Assembly (NCBI RefSeq): GCF_018977255.1
Contig: NW_024705356.1
Coordinates: 1-51,902, forward strand
Origin: Callorhinchus milii
Taxonomy: Eukaryota
DNA: 51,902 bases
Direction of reading: 5' to 3'
The notes under the pieces are model-generated. The model ran no database searches, was not told the origin of the DNA, and saw only the letters and a list, made by a program, of their open reading frames with translations. The stretch's first letter is position 1. Each line of letters starts with the position of its first letter. Made by a program: the position numbers and the translations under genes. This document shows, piece by piece, positions 48,185-51,902 of the stretch.

Positions 48185-51100
48185 CACACTTTCTCTCTCT
48201 GTTAAATATTTGCCCTTTCTATCAGAATCTTTCTCCTCTCTATCACAACCTTTTCCGTCTCTATCACACTTTCTCTCTATCACAATCTTTCTCCTCTCTA
48301 TCACACTCTCTATTGCAAACTTTCTCGTTCCCTCTATCAAACTTTCTCAATATCACAATCTTTCTTCCCTCTTTCACACTTTCCCTCTCTATTCCAAACT
48401 TTCTCTTTATCACACTTTCTCTCTATTTTAATCTCTCTCCACTCTATCACTCTTTCTATCAGAATCTTTCTCCTTCTCTCTATCACAGTCTCTCTCTATT
48501 GCAATCTTTCTCCTCTCTAACACTTTCTCTCTCTATCGCTCTCCTTCTGTCGCCCAACTTTCCTCCTCTCACATTTCGTCTTTATCTAATTTTTCTGCTT
48601 CTGTTACACTTTATCTCTCTATCACAAGCATTCTCCTTCTCTCTATCACGCTTTCTCTCTCTATTAAATCTTCTCTATCACTCTTTGTATCAGAATCTTT
48701 CTCTTCTCTATTACACTTTCTCTCTATTACAAACTTTTCCCTCTCTATCACTCTTTCTATCAGAATGTTTCTCCTTCTCTCTATCACACTCTCTCTCTAT
48801 CACAGTCTTTCTCCTTCTGTCTTTCACTTTCTCTCTCTGCCTTCCAATCTTTCTCCTCCTTTCTAACACTTTCTATCAGAATCTTTCTCCTCTCTATCAC
48901 ACTTTCACTCTATTGCAATCTTTCTCCCTCTCTCCATTATACTTTGTCTTTCTCTATTACAAACGTTGCCCTCTCTCTCACTCCTATCAGAATCTTTCAC
49001 CTTCTCTCTATTACAACCCTTTCCCTCTCTGTCACACTTTCTCTCTAACACAATCTTTCTCCTTCTCTCTTTCACAGTTTGTCTTTTTCTATGACAATCT
49101 TTCTCCTTCTTTCTAACACACTTTCTCTCTCTATCAGAATTTCTCTCCATCTCTATCAAACTTTCTCTCTATTGTAATCTTTATCCTCTCTATCGTACGT
49201 TGTCTCTCTATTAAAATCTTTATCCTTCTTTCTAACGCACTTTCTCTCTCCATTAGAATATTTCTCCTCTCTATTGCAATCTCTCCTCTCTATCACACTC
49301 TCTCTATCGCAATCTTTCTCCTCTCTATCACACTTTCTGTGTTGCAGTCTTTCTCCTCTCTATCACACTCTATTGCAAACTTTCTCGTTCCCTCTATCAA
49401 ACTTTCTCACTATCACAATCTTTCTTCTCTCTTTCACACTTTCCCTCTATTCAAAGCTTTCTCTTCTCTCTCACTTTCTCTTTATTTTCATCTCTTCTCT
49501 ATATCACTCTTTCTATCAGAATCTTTCTCCTCTCTATTACACTTTCTCTCTCTATTCCAACCCATCTAACACTCTCTCTATCGCTCTCCTTCTGTCGCCC
49601 AATTTTCCTCCTCTCTCTCTCATTTCTTTAACACATTTTTTGTCTTTCACTTTCTCTCTCTGCCTTCCAATCTTTCTCCTCCTTTCTAACACTTTCTCTC
49701 TATCGCAATCTTTCTTCTCTCTATATCACACGTTCTCTCTATCAGAATCTTTCTCCTCTCTATCACACTTTCACTCTCTAATGCAATCTTTCTCCTTCTC
49801 TCCATCATACTTTGTCTCTCTATTGCAAACGTTGCCCTCTCTCTCACTCCTATCAGAATCTTTCGCCTTCTCTCTATTACAACATTTTCCATCTGTGTCG
49901 CACTTTCTGTCTATCACAATATTTCTCCTTCTCGCCATCGCAATGTTTCTCCTTTCTAACCCACTTTCTCTCTATCACACTTGCTCTCTATTACAATCTT
50001 TTCCCTCTCCATCATACTTCCTCTCTATCGCCATCTTTCTCCTCTTTATTGCGATCACTCCTCTCTATCAGAATCTTTGTCCTCTATATTACAACCTTTT
50101 CCCTCTATCCCACATTCTCTCTATTGCAATCTTTCTCCCTCTCTTTCACACTTTCTTTCTCTCTATTCCAATCTTTCTCCCTCTCTTTCACACTTTCTTT
50201 CTCTCTATTCCAATCTTTCTCCTTTCTAACACACTTTCTCTCCCTCTCACTTTCTCACTCTATCGAACTTTGCCTCTGTATATTAATCTTTCTCCTCTTT
50301 ATCACACTCTCTATCGCAATCTTTCTCTTTCTCACGATTGCAATCTTTCTCCTTCCCTCTATTGCAATTTTTTTCCTTTTTCACTTTCTCTCTCTCTATT
50401 CCAAACTTTCTCCTACTTTCTAACACTTTCTTTCCCTCTCACACTTTCTCACTCTATCGTACTTTACCTCTATATATTACAATCTTTCTCCTTTATCACA
50501 CTTTCTATCGCAATCTTTCTCACTATTGCAATCTTTCTCCTTCTCTCTATCACAATCTTTCTTCTCTCTTTCACACTTTCTCTCTCCATTCCAAACTTTT
50601 ATTCTCTATTACACTTTCTCTCTATTTTCGTCGCTCTCCTCTCTATGACTCTTTCTATCAGAATCTTTCTCCTCTCTATTACAAACTTTTCCCTCTCTAT
50701 CAATCGTTGTATCAGAATCTTTCTCTTTTACTTTCTCTCTATTGCAATCTTTCTCCTCTCTATCACACTTTGTCTCTCTCTATTCCAATCCTTCTAACAC
50801 TCTCTCGCTCTCCTTCTGTCGCCCAATTTTCCTCCTCTCTCTCTCATTTCTTCTTTATCACAATTTTTCTGCTTCTCTGTATTATACTTTCTCTCTCCAT
50901 CAGAATCGTTTTCTTTCTCTCACACTTTCTCTCTATTACAACCTTTTCCGTCTATATCACACTTTCTCTCTATCACACTTTCTCTCTCTATTACAAGCTT
51001 TTCCCTCTCTATCACACTTTCTCTCTATCAGAATATTTCTCCTTACCGCACTCTCTCTCTATTGCAATCTTTCTCTCTCTCTATTCCAATCTTTCTAACA

Positions 51101-51902
51101 CTTTCTCTCTATCGTATTCTTTCTTCTCTCTATCACACTTTCTCTCCATCACAATCTTTCTTCTTTTTCACTTACCCTCTCTATTCCAAACTTTCTCTTC
51201 TCTGTCATACTTTCTATATTCATCTCTCTCCTTTCTATCACTCTTTCTATCAGAATCTTTCTCCTTCTCTTTATCACACTTTCTCTCTATTGCAATCTTT
51301 CTCCTTCTCTCAATCACACTTTCTCTCTATCAGAAACTTTCTCCTTCTCTTAATCACACTTTCTCTCTATCAGAATCTTTCTCCTTACCACACGCTCCCT
51401 CTACTGCAATCTTTCTCCTCTCTATCAAACTTTCTCTCTATCGCAATCTTTCTCCTCTCTTTCACACTTTCTCTACATTCCAATCTTTCTCCTTCTTTCT
51501 AACACTTTCTCTCCCTCTCACGCTTTCTCACTCTATCGTACTTTACCTCTGTGTATTACAATCTTTCTCCTCTTTATCACACTTTCTCTCTGTCACAATC
51601 TTTCTCACAATTGCAATCTTTCTCCTTCTCTCCATCACTCTCTCTCTCTATTGCAATCTTTCTCCTTCTCTCTATAATACTTGGTCTCTCTATCACACTC
51701 TCTCTAACACAATCTTTCTACTTCTCTCTTTCAGTTTGTCTTTCTATTACAATCTTTTTCTTTCTTTCTAACACTTTCTCTCTCTATCAGAATCGTTCTT
51801 TCTCTATCACACGTTCTCTCTCTATTGCAATCTTTTTCCCTCTCTATCACTCTTTCTATTAGAATCTTTCTCCTCTCCATTACAACCTTTTCCGTCTCTG
51901 TC

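Larger units (their letters stand above)
17222..51902 (+). repeat. ~35-kb pyrimidine-rich complex tandem array, interrupted at ~24475-25820 and by TE insertions; continues beyond the window
   Basis: CT tracts punctuated every ~16-22 nt by TAT-CACAC, TAT-TGCAATC, TAT-CAGAATC, TAT-TACAACC, TAT-TCCAATC or TAT-CGCAATC; G is very rare on the plus strand. Confidence 0.97.

Noticed and set aside
17400..51900. Long plus-strand ORFs (up to 507 aa, Ser/Leu/Phe/Ile-rich) and minus-strand Glu/Arg/Lys ORFs
   Set aside because: They are open in several frames at once because stop codons are rare in pyrimidine-rich DNA. There are no domains, and indels between duplicated copies do not preserve frame.

Overview
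Vertebrate genomic DNA, probably from a cartilaginous fish (inferred from the Deu-domain SINE, L2 and CR1 families present). The left 5.7 kb holds coding exons 1-7 of a PEST-family tyrosine phosphatase, best matching PTPN22, on the minus strand; the gene continues off the left edge. Exon 2 is 110 nt instead of the expected 109 nt, and one extra T in a T5 run (5221-5225) frameshifts it. From 6 to 17 kb is a mosaic of a GC-box cluster, a decayed ~3-kb CR1 LINE, tRNA-derived SINEs, L2 fragments, local duplications and plus-strand splice signals. From ~17.2 kb to the window end (~35 kb, plus a ~0.8-kb outlier at 11.4-12.3 kb) is a strongly strand-asymmetric pyrimidine-rich array made of a small vocabulary of ~16-22-nt words. 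It contains nested higher-order duplications, a fresh 16-bp minisatellite, repeated branch-point/polypyrimidine/AG modules, and L2/SINE insertions that all share one orientation. The many long Ser/Leu/Phe ORFs there are compositional artefacts.
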